A stretch of 64,000 nt of DNA from positions 1,078,109 to 1,142,108 of the forward strand of contig OY759308.1 in NCBI GenBank assembly GCA_963662235.1, in the 5' to 3' direction. Below, piece after piece: positions 9,397 to 19,508 of this stretch. The position numbers and the translations under genes were made by a program. The DNA comes from Desulfobacterales bacterium (lineage in GTDB: Bacteria; Desulfobacterota; Desulfobacteria; Desulfobacterales; G963662235). Numbering within the stretch: position 1 is the first letter of the stretch; each line of letters starts with the position of its first letter. The notes beneath the pieces are model-generated. The model was not told where the DNA came from. It did not search any database and saw only the letters and a list, made by a program, of their open reading frames with translations.

Positions 9397-10674
9397 TTAA
9401 GCGTACTTAGGACGTTTTATAACAATAGAAAGAATAAAAGATATTACCAGTAAAAGACCTGAAAGATAAAAAGCGTAGTTTAAACTTCCTGTCATATCTT
9501 GTATTGTGCCACCAAGTCTAGGCATAAAAGCACCAAGACCCCAACCTATAAAGATAAGTCCATAGTTAACACCTAAGTTTTTAGGTCCATAATAGTCAGC
9601 TGCAAAAGATGGGAATAAAGAAAGAAGACCACCATATTGCCAATATCCAACACCAACAGCAATAAATAGAACAAAAAGATTTTGAGATGCAATAATTGCA
9701 GGTAAAGAAAACATACAAATTGCAGCAGCAAGGTTATTAATTGCATAAGCTTTGCCTCTACCAATTGCATCTGAATACATACCTGTTCCAACTCTACCTG
9801 CTGCATTTACAAGACCGCCATAAGATGCGATTATCCAAGCGTTTGCCAACAAGAAAGGAACAGCAGCAGCTGTCTTTTTAAGTAATCCTGCAGCATTACC
9901 TATGATTAATAATCCTGCTTGAGTTGCAAATATGAACATAATAACAAGACAATAATATTGCCATGTTTTAAAAATTTCAGATGGTTCCCAATCGTGCTTT
10001 GTAAAAGCAGCTTGTTGAGTTGCTGTTTGTGCTTTTGCTGGAGCAGGTGGAACATATCCTTCAGGAGGAGTTCTTAAAAGTTGTCCTGCAACAATTACAA
10101 CAACAGCAAAGAATATTCCAAGAGAAACGAAACTACCTGTTAAGCCAAAATTGGTGATAAGATATTTTGCAAGTGGACTAATGTATATAGCAGCACCACC
10201 ATAACCCATAACAACAAGAGCAGCTATCAAGCCTCTTTTATGTGGACCAAACCATTTTAAAGCAGCAGGAGTAGGAGCAGCATAACCAATTCCCATTCCC
10301 ATTCCGCCCATAAGGCCAAAACCTATAACAAGTCCTGTATAACTTTTCATAAGACCAGCTACGATACATCCTAAAGCAAGACATAAACCTCCAAGTGTTG
10401 CACCAAATTTTGGGCTAATCTTGTCTTGGATTTTGCCTCCCGGAATCATCATTGCCATGAACATAAAAACACAAAGAGAGAAAGGTGTAGAAACTTGTGC
10501 ATTGGTTAAAAATGTCCAGCCTTCATTAAGTCCAGTCATTGGTGTTCCTGGTGTTCCAGCAACCAATGCGGCTTTCCATACGCTCCATGCATACAAAATG
10601 CCTAAACAGGCATTTATCGCTGTTCCTGCAAAGGTGGTGACCCATGCATTTCCTGGAACTTTTGCTTCATTCAT
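9397..10674 (-). CDS. MFS transporter, oxalate/formate antiporter-like
   Basis: 12 hydrophobic segments, Gly/Ala-rich, 425 aa, resembles OFA-family MFS carriers. Substrate unknown. Confidence 0.7.
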   Translation of the reverse strand: MNEAKVPGNAWVTTFAGTAINACLGILYAWSVWKAALVAGTPGTPMTGLNEGWTFLTNAQVSTPFSLCVFMFMAMMIPGGKIQDKISPKFGATLGGLCLALGCIVAGLMKSYTGLVIGFGLMGGMGMGIGYAAPTPAALKWFGPHKRGLIAALVVMGYGGAAIYISPLAKYLITNFGLTGSFVSLGIFFAVVVIVAGQLLRTPPEGYVPPAPAKAQTATQQAAFTKHDWEPSEIFKTWQYYCLVIMFIFATQAGLLIIGNAAGLLKKTAAAVPFLLANAWIIASYGGLVNAAGRVGTGMYSDAIGRGKAYAINNLAAAICMFSLPAIIASQNLFVLFIAVGVGYWQYGGLLSLFPSFAADYYGPKNLGVNYGLIFIGWGLGAFMPRLGGTIQDMTGSLNYAFYLSGLLLVISFILSIVIKRPKYA

Positions 10675-10835
10675 AATACATCCTCCTTAAATTTAGTTTG
10701 TTGAAAAATTAACTTTTTTATTTTTTTAAAGTATTTTTATCTTTTTTAATTCAAGATGTATAAAAAAAAGCTTTTAATAATAGTTTTGAAGACCAGTTAA
10801 ATTTGTTAGAAAGTTAATTATTAAAGCTCTCATAA

Positions 10836-13800
10836 TTATTTTTTTCTTAAACAAACTATGGCAGCTGTTGTGCTAAGAGGTAAAAATTCTCCTGCTTCTG
10901 TAATGCCTATGCCTATTTTGTTTGCTTTTAATAATTTATATATCACTTTATTGTTTTTTATACTGAGTGCAGAATATCCGGGACTGTATCTTGAAGTTAA
11001 TTTTTTGTCCAAACTTTTTTTTGCTATTTTTTGATGAAGAAAATTTGCCATATCTTCTGCGATTCTATTTGAAATTCCTGTAAGCATAAATGAAGCTTCA
11101 TTATCTAATCTATTTTTAATCTCTTTATTTGGTATGCCTGCTCTTGATATGAGAAAACCTACTATATCTTTTTTCTTTTTTTTTTTAGGTAAAAAATAGG
11201 AAGAGATGTAGTAATATTCTTTTTTATCTTTTGATATTAACTTTTTAAAAGAGATTTTTTCTATCTCTTCGTTTGTTCCGGGTTTATAAATTATCAAATC
11301 TTTGCCATCAGAATTACATTCAAAAAAGGCTATTTTACCGACAGCGTTTGTAATGTTCTCTTTTTTAGCCATTTCTATCCATTCTGATAGCTCTTCTTTA
11401 GGGAGTATTTTTTTTAATTTCCAATTTATGGAGTGCAGAGCTTTTATATTTAAATTTTCAATATTCCACTCTTTTTTTACAGTTTCTATCTTAAAATTTA
11501 AGTTGGGTAGCTTTTTATCGTTTAGTTTTATAGCTCTTTTTTTTAAAGGTAGAATCTCCTTTTTTTTCTCTTTTACTTTTTTGTAAATTTCGGTCAGCTC
11601 TTTTTTGTTTTTTTCTAAAACTTCTTCTTTTTTGTTTGAATTAAGTTTTTCTAAAACGTTTATTCCATCCATTGAAGAAGCACAATAAAACACATTCGAT
11701 TTTATTTCTTTAACGCTCTCTTTACCAGCCATAGCGACATCGACAGCAAAATTTTTATTGATAGGTGCACCACCAATTAAAATTGGGATATCTATATTTT
11801 CTTTACTCATAATTTCAGAAACTGTGAGCATATGGCTTGCAGTCTGAACAAGCAGGGCACTCATTCCTATAGCATCAGCTTTGCTTTTTTTTATTGTGCT
11901 TACAAAAGTTTCAGGTTCAATCTGTACTCCAAGGTCTATAACTTCATAGTTGTAATTTTCAAAAAGTGTTTTTGTTAAATCTTTTCCTATGCTGTGTACA
12001 TCTTGATATACTGTGCCTAAAACGATAAGACCTCTTTTTTTTTTTAGTTTTCGTCCCTCTTTTTTTTGCATATAATTTTCTATAAATTCCATAGAATATT
12101 TCATTAAATCTGCCGATTTTAGAAGATGAGGCAAAGAGACTTTACCTTCTGCAAAGTCATCTCCTATATCTTTCATAGCAGGTATTAAATATTCATTTAT
12201 AAGTTCAAGAGGTTTTAGTTCTTTTAAAGCTTCGGCAACATCAAGTACAATTTTATCTTCATAATTAAAGCTTAAGTTGTCTACTTTAACTTTCCCTTTT
12301 TGATGCTCTTTTCTTGCTTCTTTTATTTTGTTATATATTTTTTCTTTTACGGTAAGTTTTTCATAAGATACGGTTTTTTTCTTAATTCCGACTTTTTTTT
12401 CTGCAATCTCTTCAAGCTTTTCAAATGCTGTCATATCTTTTTTCAATATTATTTGTTGTCCAAGCTTGTAATCTTTTTTATCTATACTCTCTACTGGTAC
12501 ATAATGCGAAGGGTTAACAATAGCGGCATCTAATCCCAGTTTTTTTCCTTCATCTAAAAATACAGAAGTTAAAACTAATCTCATATAAGCTTTTCTCGCT
12601 AAGCCATTTGTAAGGTTTCCAACACCTATTATGGTTTTAATTTTATGATTAAGTTTTTTTATACCTTTTATTGACTTTAAAGATTCTAAGGCAAAATTCT
12701 CTTCTTTATTTGTTTCAGAACCGATAGGAAAAGCATTTATATCGACAAAAAGTTGAGCTGGAGTGACACCATATTTTTTACACTCTTTGATAGATTTTTC
12801 GGCTATCTCAATTTTTTTTGCACAAGTTTTAGCAGGACCTTCTTCATCGGCAAGCATAATAACATAATAAGGAGAGTGGCAGGCTGTTTGTTTTAAAACG
12901 ATATCAATTTTACTCTCTTTTTTATCGATTTTTTCGATTGATACCGAATTGATTATTGGTTTACCGGGATATTTTTTTACAGCTTCTATTAAACTTTGAG
13001 TTTCAAAAGAGTCTATTGAAAGAGCACCGTCAAAATCTATGCATAAATTATAAATAACATCGCCAAGTGTTTTTTGTGTATTTACGATATTTGAATCCAT
13101 ACAAACATCTAATACTTTTAATCCCAACTCTTTTGTCTGGTTGCTTGCTACTTTTTCCAAAGCATTAAAGTCAACTTTTGTTTCAAGCTCTACAGCTTGT
13201 TTAACTATTTTTGAACCGCGTACATTAAGTCTTTCACCTATTCTTATGATATCTTTTGTACTATCAAGAGAGACTCTTTCTTGAGGACCAGAAATAAACT
13301 CTTTATCGCTAACCTCTCTTTTTTTAGGCTTAATGTCTTTTACAGCAGAGGCGAGTTCTTTTATGTGTGTTGGATTAGTTCCACAGCAACCACCTACGAT
13401 GTTTATACCATATTTTGTTATGTAATTTTTGAGATATTTTGTAAAAACTTTTGGTGCTATATCGTAAACAGGTATGCCTTGTTTTAAAATAGGCATTCCT
13501 GCATTTGGCAAAACCGATATTGGAAGTTTTGAATATAGTGATAGCTTTTTTATAGCATCTTCCATTAACTCAGGGCCAAGAGAGCAATTAATTCCTAACG
13601 TATCAATTCCTATATCAGAAAGAGTTGTAATTACAGACTCTATTTTTGTACCAAAAATTTGCATTCTCGAAAATTCATCAACGGTCACTTGAGCCATAAT
13701 AGGAATCTTTTTCTTACTCTCTCTTATAGCTTCTTGTGCTCCAAAAATTCCTGCTTTAAGTTCTAAAACGTCTTGTTGAGTTTCAAAGAGAAGAACATCA

Positions 13801-14348
13801 CAGCCTCCATCGATAAGACCTTTTGCTTGTATATAAAAATTTGCTTTTATTTCATCAAATGTACTTTTTTTTAGTTCTGCTTTTGTAGGCGATAAAACGT
13901 AATTGGAAGGACCTATTGAACCTATTACAAAAAGAGGTCTTCCATCATACTCTTTTAATTTTTTATAATCATTTAAAGCTTCTTTTGCAGTTTTAGAAGA
14001 GAGCAGGCTAAGTTTATAGGAGATATCTTTAATATCGGCTTTGTTGATATTAAAATCTGCAGGCAAATCGGATAAATTTTTTTTATTTATATTTTTAAAA
14101 TTAAACTCTTGAAGACGAAAGGGGTTTGAACCAAAAGTGTTTGTCTCCACACAATTTGCACCTGCTTTAAAATAAGCAGTGTGCATTTTTTTAAGACTAC
14201 TCTTTTTAGAAAAGACTAAAATATCGTACAAAATATTAAACTCTTTTCCTCCAAAATCGTCATCAGATAAGTTAAGAGATTGAATCATAGTGCCCATAGC
14301 ACCATCCATTACAATAATCTGTTTTTTTATCGCTTCTAAAAAATTCAT
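10836..14348 (-). CDS. metH: cobalamin-dependent methionine synthase
   Basis: 1170 aa. N-terminal homocysteine S-methyltransferase domain (GGCCGT), pterin-binding domain, B12-binding domain (DVHSIGK = DxHxxG), C-terminal activation-like domain. Confidence 0.9.
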   Translation of the reverse strand: MNFLEAIKKQIIVMDGAMGTMIQSLNLSDDDFGGKEFNILYDILVFSKKSSLKKMHTAYFKAGANCVETNTFGSNPFRLQEFNFKNINKKNLSDLPADFNINKADIKDISYKLSLLSSKTAKEALNDYKKLKEYDGRPLFVIGSIGPSNYVLSPTKAELKKSTFDEIKANFYIQAKGLIDGGCDVLLFETQQDVLELKAGIFGAQEAIRESKKKIPIMAQVTVDEFSRMQIFGTKIESVITTLSDIGIDTLGINCSLGPELMEDAIKKLSLYSKLPISVLPNAGMPILKQGIPVYDIAPKVFTKYLKNYITKYGINIVGGCCGTNPTHIKELASAVKDIKPKKREVSDKEFISGPQERVSLDSTKDIIRIGERLNVRGSKIVKQAVELETKVDFNALEKVASNQTKELGLKVLDVCMDSNIVNTQKTLGDVIYNLCIDFDGALSIDSFETQSLIEAVKKYPGKPIINSVSIEKIDKKESKIDIVLKQTACHSPYYVIMLADEEGPAKTCAKKIEIAEKSIKECKKYGVTPAQLFVDINAFPIGSETNKEENFALESLKSIKGIKKLNHKIKTIIGVGNLTNGLARKAYMRLVLTSVFLDEGKKLGLDAAIVNPSHYVPVESIDKKDYKLGQQIILKKDMTAFEKLEEIAEKKVGIKKKTVSYEKLTVKEKIYNKIKEARKEHQKGKVKVDNLSFNYEDKIVLDVAEALKELKPLELINEYLIPAMKDIGDDFAEGKVSLPHLLKSADLMKYSMEFIENYMQKKEGRKLKKKRGLIVLGTVYQDVHSIGKDLTKTLFENYNYEVIDLGVQIEPETFVSTIKKSKADAIGMSALLVQTASHMLTVSEIMSKENIDIPILIGGAPINKNFAVDVAMAGKESVKEIKSNVFYCASSMDGINVLEKLNSNKKEEVLEKNKKELTEIYKKVKEKKKEILPLKKRAIKLNDKKLPNLNFKIETVKKEWNIENLNIKALHSINWKLKKILPKEELSEWIEMAKKENITNAVGKIAFFECNSDGKDLIIYKPGTNEEIEKISFKKLISKDKKEYYYISSYFLPKKKKKKDIVGFLISRAGIPNKEIKNRLDNEASFMLTGISNRIAEDMANFLHQKIAKKSLDKKLTSRYSPGYSALSIKNNKVIYKLLKANKIGIGITEAGEFLPLSTTAAIVCLRKK

Positions 14349-14369
14349 AATAAAATTTTAAACTACACC

Positions 14370-15617
14370 TTATAATTTTTCAGCTATCTTTTTTCCTGTT
14401 TCAAAAAGGGCTTTAATACTTTGTTTGTCAGGTACAAATAGAACTTTTTGAGGTTCTGATACTATCTCAAAATTTGCTTCCTTTAACGATTCTTCAATAA
14501 TTTTTATAGACTCTCCGCTCCAACCATAAGAACCAAAAGCTACTCCTTTTTTACCTTTTGGTTTCAAACCTTTCATATAAGTTAAAAAGTCGGCAACTTT
14601 TGGAAGTATACCGTTGTTTAAGGTGGGGCAACCAAGAATTAAAGCTTTTGAATCTAAAAGCTCTGTAATAATATCGCTCCTATGATGCTCACCAAGTTTT
14701 AAAAGTTTAACATTTATTTTCCCTGATGCTGCAATTCCTTTTGCTATCTCTTTTGCCATCTTTTCTGTACTGTGCCACATAGTATCATAAACAACGAGTG
14801 CTTTGTTTAAACTCTCTTGTCTGCTCCATTTTTCATATAGAGACACAATTTTATTTATATCTTTCTCTTTTCTAAATAAAAATCCGTGATCTGGACAAAT
14901 CATTTTTATTTTTAAGTCCATCTCTTTTATCTTTTCTAAAAGTTTTAAAACCTGTTTTGAAAAAAGGAGTAAAATATTGGCAAAATATTTTTTACCTTGT
15001 GTAAATGCAGCGTGTCCCTCTTCATCGGAAAAAAGCTTAAAACTTGCATAGTGTTGTCCAAAAGCATCACTTGAGAAAAGAATTTGATCTTCTTTTATAT
15101 AAGTAAACATACTGTCCGGCCAATGAAGCATTTTAGTTTCTAAAAAGCTTAATGTTTTTCCGCCTATATCAAGAGTATCATTACTTTTTACAACCTTATA
15201 ATTATAATTTCCAAAATGAGCTTTAAGATTTCTCTCTCCAGCAGGGGAGCAGTAGATAGGTTTATCTTTGCCAATAAGGTGCATAATACGTGGTATAGAA
15301 CCAGAATGGTCCATTTCTGTATGGTTGCTTATTAAAATATCAATTTTTTTTGGATCAATTATTTTTGAAATATTATCAATAAACTCTTTTGAAAACCTTG
15401 CTTTTACAGTGTCTATCAAAACCGTTTTTTCTTTCCCGATTATAAGAAAAGCGTTGTAAGTTGAACCGTAATCGGTTGAATAACCGTGAAAATCTCTAAT
15501 GTTCCAATCAATTACTCCCACCTGATAAATATTTTCTGCTATTTGATTATTGTCCATTTCTTCCTCTCTATTTGAGATTTTTGTACATACTGTTTTTTCG
15601 TGAGTTTTTTTTACCAT
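14370..15617 (-). CDS. flavodiiron protein (FprA, A-type flavoprotein)
   Basis: Metallo-beta-lactamase motif SNHTEMDHSG plus a C-terminal flavodoxin-like domain. The true start may be the ATG at 15557 (MDNNQIAENIYQVG). Confidence 0.85.
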   Translation of the reverse strand: MVKKTHEKTVCTKISNREEEMDNNQIAENIYQVGVIDWNIRDFHGYSTDYGSTYNAFLIIGKEKTVLIDTVKARFSKEFIDNISKIIDPKKIDILISNHTEMDHSGSIPRIMHLIGKDKPIYCSPAGERNLKAHFGNYNYKVVKSNDTLDIGGKTLSFLETKMLHWPDSMFTYIKEDQILFSSDAFGQHYASFKLFSDEEGHAAFTQGKKYFANILLLFSKQVLKLLEKIKEMDLKIKMICPDHGFLFRKEKDINKIVSLYEKWSRQESLNKALVVYDTMWHSTEKMAKEIAKGIAASGKINVKLLKLGEHHRSDIITELLDSKALILGCPTLNNGILPKVADFLTYMKGLKPKGKKGVAFGSYGWSGESIKIIEESLKEANFEIVSEPQKVLFVPDKQSIKALFETGKKIAEKL

Positions 15618-15768
15618 TTCCCCCTTTTGTAGAGAACGGTTTTAAACCGTTCCTCGAAATAATTTTAAATTTAGAAAATTTAAAATTATTTCGAGGTAAA
15701 GGGGGTTCGCCGCAAGGCATTTCCCCCTTTTAAGGGGGATTAAGGGGGGTTCGCCGCAAGGCGAAAAA
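15617..15768. repeat. ~150-bp composite G/C-word hairpin module
   Basis: Chain of palindromes (gaacggttttaaaccgttc; cgaaataattttaaattt/aaatttaaaattatttcg; ccccttttaaggggg; ttcgccgcaaggcgaa). Second copy at 59421-59566. Confidence 0.85.
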
Positions 15769-15773
15769 CCTCT

Positions 15774-16463
15774 TTATAAAAATAATTTTTCAAGCCCTTT
15801 AGATGCACTTCTTCTTAATGTATAGTCGTAAAGTTCAGATACTTTTGAAGGTTCTGGATTTATTTCTATACAAAAAGCACCATTGTTTTTGGCAATTTGA
15901 GGGAACCCTGCAGCAGGCCAAACAACACCTGATGTTCCTATGCTTATTAAAAGTTCGCACTCGCTTATAACTTTTTCTGCTTTACTTATAACTTCAATAT
16001 CCAACCTGTCACCAAACCAAACTATATCTGGTCTTAAATATTCATTGCACTCTGGACATTTGTAAGTTTTGTAAAATTTGCCAAAATCTTCTGTTACATT
16101 ATGATTAGGGCATATTAATCTCCATATATTGCCGTGCAATTCTATAACATTAGACGAGCCTGCTCTTTGATGCATACCATCAATATTTTGTGTTACAATT
16201 GTAACTTCTAAGGTTTCTTTTTGTAAGTTTGTTATTATTTGATGCCCTTTATGAGGCACGCATTTAAGAATAGCTCTTCTTCTTATTTCGTGAAATCCAA
16301 GAACCTTTTCTGGGTCTTTATCAAAAGCTTTTTGGCAGGCGTACTCTTCAAAATTATAATTTTCCCAAATTCCTCCTTCGCCTCTATATGTAGGTATTCC
16401 ACTTTCTGCAGACATACCTGCTCCTGTGAAAAAAACTATTTTTTTATATTTTGTTAAGTCCAT
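15774..16463 (-). CDS. cobB: NAD-dependent protein deacylase (Sir2 family)
   Basis: GAGMSAESGIPTYRG, QNIDGMH, and a CxxC...CxxC zinc module; 229 aa. Confidence 0.9.
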   Translation of the reverse strand: MDLTKYKKIVFFTGAGMSAESGIPTYRGEGGIWENYNFEEYACQKAFDKDPEKVLGFHEIRRRAILKCVPHKGHQIITNLQKETLEVTIVTQNIDGMHQRAGSSNVIELHGNIWRLICPNHNVTEDFGKFYKTYKCPECNEYLRPDIVWFGDRLDIEVISKAEKVISECELLISIGTSGVVWPAAGFPQIAKNNGAFCIEINPEPSKVSELYDYTLRRSASKGLEKLFL

Positions 16464-16623
16464 ACTCTTTGGTCATCCTTGTAAGTGTCAACCATTTTTC
16501 TGACAAAATTTAAGAATTTATGCTATAGAAGAACATATAATATAAATCAAAACATTTTGTTTATCATAAATTTAAGAGCGTTAGATTGTTTGCGACACTG
16601 CAAAAAATGGAATTGGTTATAAT

Positions 16624-17261
16624 CGTAGGGCGGGGAGACCCCGCCCCTACGGTTATGATTGCGTGATAAAAATTAAAAAAATCGCAAAAAATTTAATAGA
16701 AACGATGTAGGGGCGTATTGATATACGCCCATTAAACAATGCAATTATAATCAAAAATAATTATTTGGGCACGGCACGCCGTGCCCACGGTGTTGTGTCC
16801 ATACAATAATGCAAACACCAATATAAAAAATGAAAATGTTGTAAGGGCAAAATACGCTTATCCCCAACGCAAAACAAATCATATTGAAACAGTAAAAAAT
16901 TATATTAAAATGATTGAATATCGTAGGGGCGAGACCAAACCCGCCCAATATTATTTTCAAACCGTGTAGAGACAGGTCGCGACCTGTCTCTACGGTGAAA
17001 AAATGTTTTTATGAAATTTGTTTCGTTACGCAAAAAACATTTACGATTTTTTTTTAGCATTATTTGGTTTATCCCGCCCAATATATTGTGTTGTTTTTTA
17101 TGTAGGGGCGTATAGCCATACGCCCATTAAACAATGCAATCATAATCAAAAACAATTATCTGGGCACGGCGTGCCGTGCCCATCTTGCAATTTCATATTG
17201 GTTTAATTAAATGCCGTAGAAATGCAAAATATTACAGAGACGCAAAATCTTGCGTCTCTAC
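16624..17261. repeat. cluster of 8 REP-like nested hairpins in the cobB-ftsK spacer
   Basis: Hairpins at 16625-16650, 16707-16730, 16767-16786, 16923-16946, 16966-16993, 17102-17125, 17162-17181 and 17234-17261. An ~85-bp unit at 16701-16786 is duplicated at 17096-17181. Confidence 0.85.
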
Positions 17262-17301
17262 AGTACGGTACGGTGCGGTTTTGAAAAAATGTCTTCCTAT
17301 T

Positions 17302-19443
17302 TTATTGATTAACAAGTACCTCGCGTTGTTTTGCTCCATCAGCTTGACTTATTACACCTTCTTTTTCGAGTGTTTCTATAATTCTTGCCGCTCTGTTGTA
17401 GCCTATTCTGAACTCTCTTTGGACACTTGAAATTGAAGCTTTTCTTGTTCTTACAACATAATCTAATACTTCATCATATTTTTCATCATACTCTATTTCG
17501 GAGTCGTCTTTTGAATCGCTATGTTTTGGTTTGGTTACTTCACTATTATATTCTGGGTCGCCTTGAGATTTTAAAAATTTTATTAAATTTTTTACATCGT
17601 TATCGGAAATATATGCACCATGAATTCTTTTTATTCGCGCTGTGCCTGGAGGCAAGAAAAGCATATCTCCATTTCCTAAAAGTGTTTCTGCCCCATTACC
17701 ATCTATGATTGTTCGTGAATCAATTTTTGATGAAACTTGAAAAGATATTCTTGTAGGAAAATTTGCTTTTATAATACCAGTTAAAACATCAACAGAAGGT
17801 CTTTGAGTTGCAAGAATGATATGCATACCAGCTGCTCTTGCCATTTGAGCCAGTCTCGTTAAAGCGAACTCAACATCTTTTGAAGCTACCATCATAAGGT
17901 CTGCAAATTCATCGACTATTATGACTATATAAGGCAACTTCTTTAACTCTTCTTCGCCCTCTTTTTTTATAATATTTTTACTTTTTTCTATACTTTCATT
18001 ATACTGTTGTATGTTTCTTGCTTGTGAATTTGCAAGAAGTTCATATCTTCTTTCCATCTCTTGTACTGCCCAAATCAGTGCATTTGTTGCTTCTTTAGTG
18101 TCGGTTACTACATTTGTAATAAGATGAGGAATATTATTATAGATTGAGAGTTCTATTCTTTTAGGATCTATCATAATTAGTTTTATTTCATCTGGAGTAG
18201 CTTTATAGAGCAGGGAAGCTATCATAACATTTAAGCCAACACTCTTTCCTGTTCCTGTTGCCCCTGCAATTAAGAGATGAGGCATCTTATCCATTTCTAC
18301 AGCAACGGGTTTCCCTTCTATATCTTTACCAAGACAAATAGTGAGTTTGGATTCTAATTCTTGAAAAGCCAAAGAGCTGACTATTTCTTTAAAAGGCACG
18401 ATCTCTCTTACATCGTTTGGAATTTCAATTCCTATAACATCTCGTCCTGGTATTGGTGCTATAATTCTTATACTCTTTGCAGATAGTCCTAACGCCAAAT
18501 CGTTAGATAAGTTCGAAATCTTACTTATCTTTACTCCTGAAGCGGGTCTATATTCAAAAGTAGTGATGACAGGTCCTGGGATGACACTTATGACTTTCCC
18601 TTGTATTCCGAAATCTTCAAGTTTTTGTTCAAGTTTAAGTGCAAGATTATTTAGTTTATTATTACTTATATTGACATCTTTTTTAAATATGTCGTCTAAC
18701 AGTTCTATATTTGGAAGTTCATAACCCCTGCTTTTTTTGGCTTCTTGCCAATTTTCGCGTACTATTTTTTTAATATTTGTCTCTTCTATATTTTTTTTAG
18801 TGTCGTTATTTTTACTATCATTTTCGCTTTCGTTTTTTGAGCTTTTTACAATATTCAATCTTCTCTTTTTCAGCTTTTTAACTGTTATATCAAAGAGAGT
18901 TAAGTGAACAAAGAGTAAAAGAGAGTATAAAAATTTAAAGATTTTTTTAAATGAGATACCAGTTATAGCAATAAGGCTTATACAAAATAAAAAGATTAAA
19001 ATTAATACAGCACCAAGAAGTTTTGTATATTTTATTAAAAAGAATTTTAAGAAAAAACCTACTATTCCAGTTGCAGGAAACATAGTGCCTGCAATATTGA
19101 TATAGCTTTTATTAAGTCCTAATAAAGTACTCGTTGTTATAATGAGCAAAAGACCGAAAAGAACCGTTCTTACATAAATATTCTCACTCTTCATTTTTAA
19201 AATGTCGTACAAAATAGGTGTAGCAAATAGAAATGGAATCCAAAAAGAACCGATACCCCAAACAGTAAATGTAAAACTTGCAAAATAAGCCCCTGCAAGC
19301 CCTAATAAGTTGTTTATTCTAATATTGGTTAATGTGCCATAAAACACATTTAGGGAAGGGTCATCTGGAGAATAAGATGTAAGACTTATCAGAGTAAAAA
19401 TAATAAAAAAAAATAGTATTATGAATTTGATTTCTTTTCTCAT
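17302..19443 (-). CDS. ftsK: DNA translocase FtsK
   Basis: N-terminal TM segments, Walker A GATGTGKS, C-terminal winged-helix gamma domain (SISSVQREFRIGYNRAARIIE). The track start at 19497 lies inside a MITE hairpin, so the ATG at 19443 is preferred. Confidence 0.9.
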   Translation of the reverse strand: MRKEIKFIILFFFIIFTLISLTSYSPDDPSLNVFYGTLTNIRINNLLGLAGAYFASFTFTVWGIGSFWIPFLFATPILYDILKMKSENIYVRTVLFGLLLIITTSTLLGLNKSYINIAGTMFPATGIVGFFLKFFLIKYTKLLGAVLILIFLFCISLIAITGISFKKIFKFLYSLLLFVHLTLFDITVKKLKKRRLNIVKSSKNESENDSKNNDTKKNIEETNIKKIVRENWQEAKKSRGYELPNIELLDDIFKKDVNISNNKLNNLALKLEQKLEDFGIQGKVISVIPGPVITTFEYRPASGVKISKISNLSNDLALGLSAKSIRIIAPIPGRDVIGIEIPNDVREIVPFKEIVSSLAFQELESKLTICLGKDIEGKPVAVEMDKMPHLLIAGATGTGKSVGLNVMIASLLYKATPDEIKLIMIDPKRIELSIYNNIPHLITNVVTDTKEATNALIWAVQEMERRYELLANSQARNIQQYNESIEKSKNIIKKEGEEELKKLPYIVIIVDEFADLMMVASKDVEFALTRLAQMARAAGMHIILATQRPSVDVLTGIIKANFPTRISFQVSSKIDSRTIIDGNGAETLLGNGDMLFLPPGTARIKRIHGAYISDNDVKNLIKFLKSQGDPEYNSEVTKPKHSDSKDDSEIEYDEKYDEVLDYVVRTRKASISSVQREFRIGYNRAARIIETLEKEGVISQADGAKQREVLVNQ

Positions 19444-19453
19444 ACGTTTTCTT

Positions 19454-19504
19454 GAGACCTTTACACATATTTTTTTCATAAAAAACATTATGTGCAAAGG
19501 TCTC
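19454..19504. repeat. 51-bp mini-MITE hairpin between lysA stop and ftsK start
   Basis: gagacctttacacat...atgtgcaaaggtctc, i.e. the two MITE ends joined. Confidence 0.85.
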
Positions 19505-19508
19505 TTTT

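Noticed and set aside
16560-17290. Possible CRISPR array in the repeat-dense cobB-ftsK spacer
   Set aside because: The repeats are different palindromes of different lengths at irregular spacing, and some are inverted. There is no constant repeat/spacer periodicity and there are no cas genes. They fit REP-like hairpins better.
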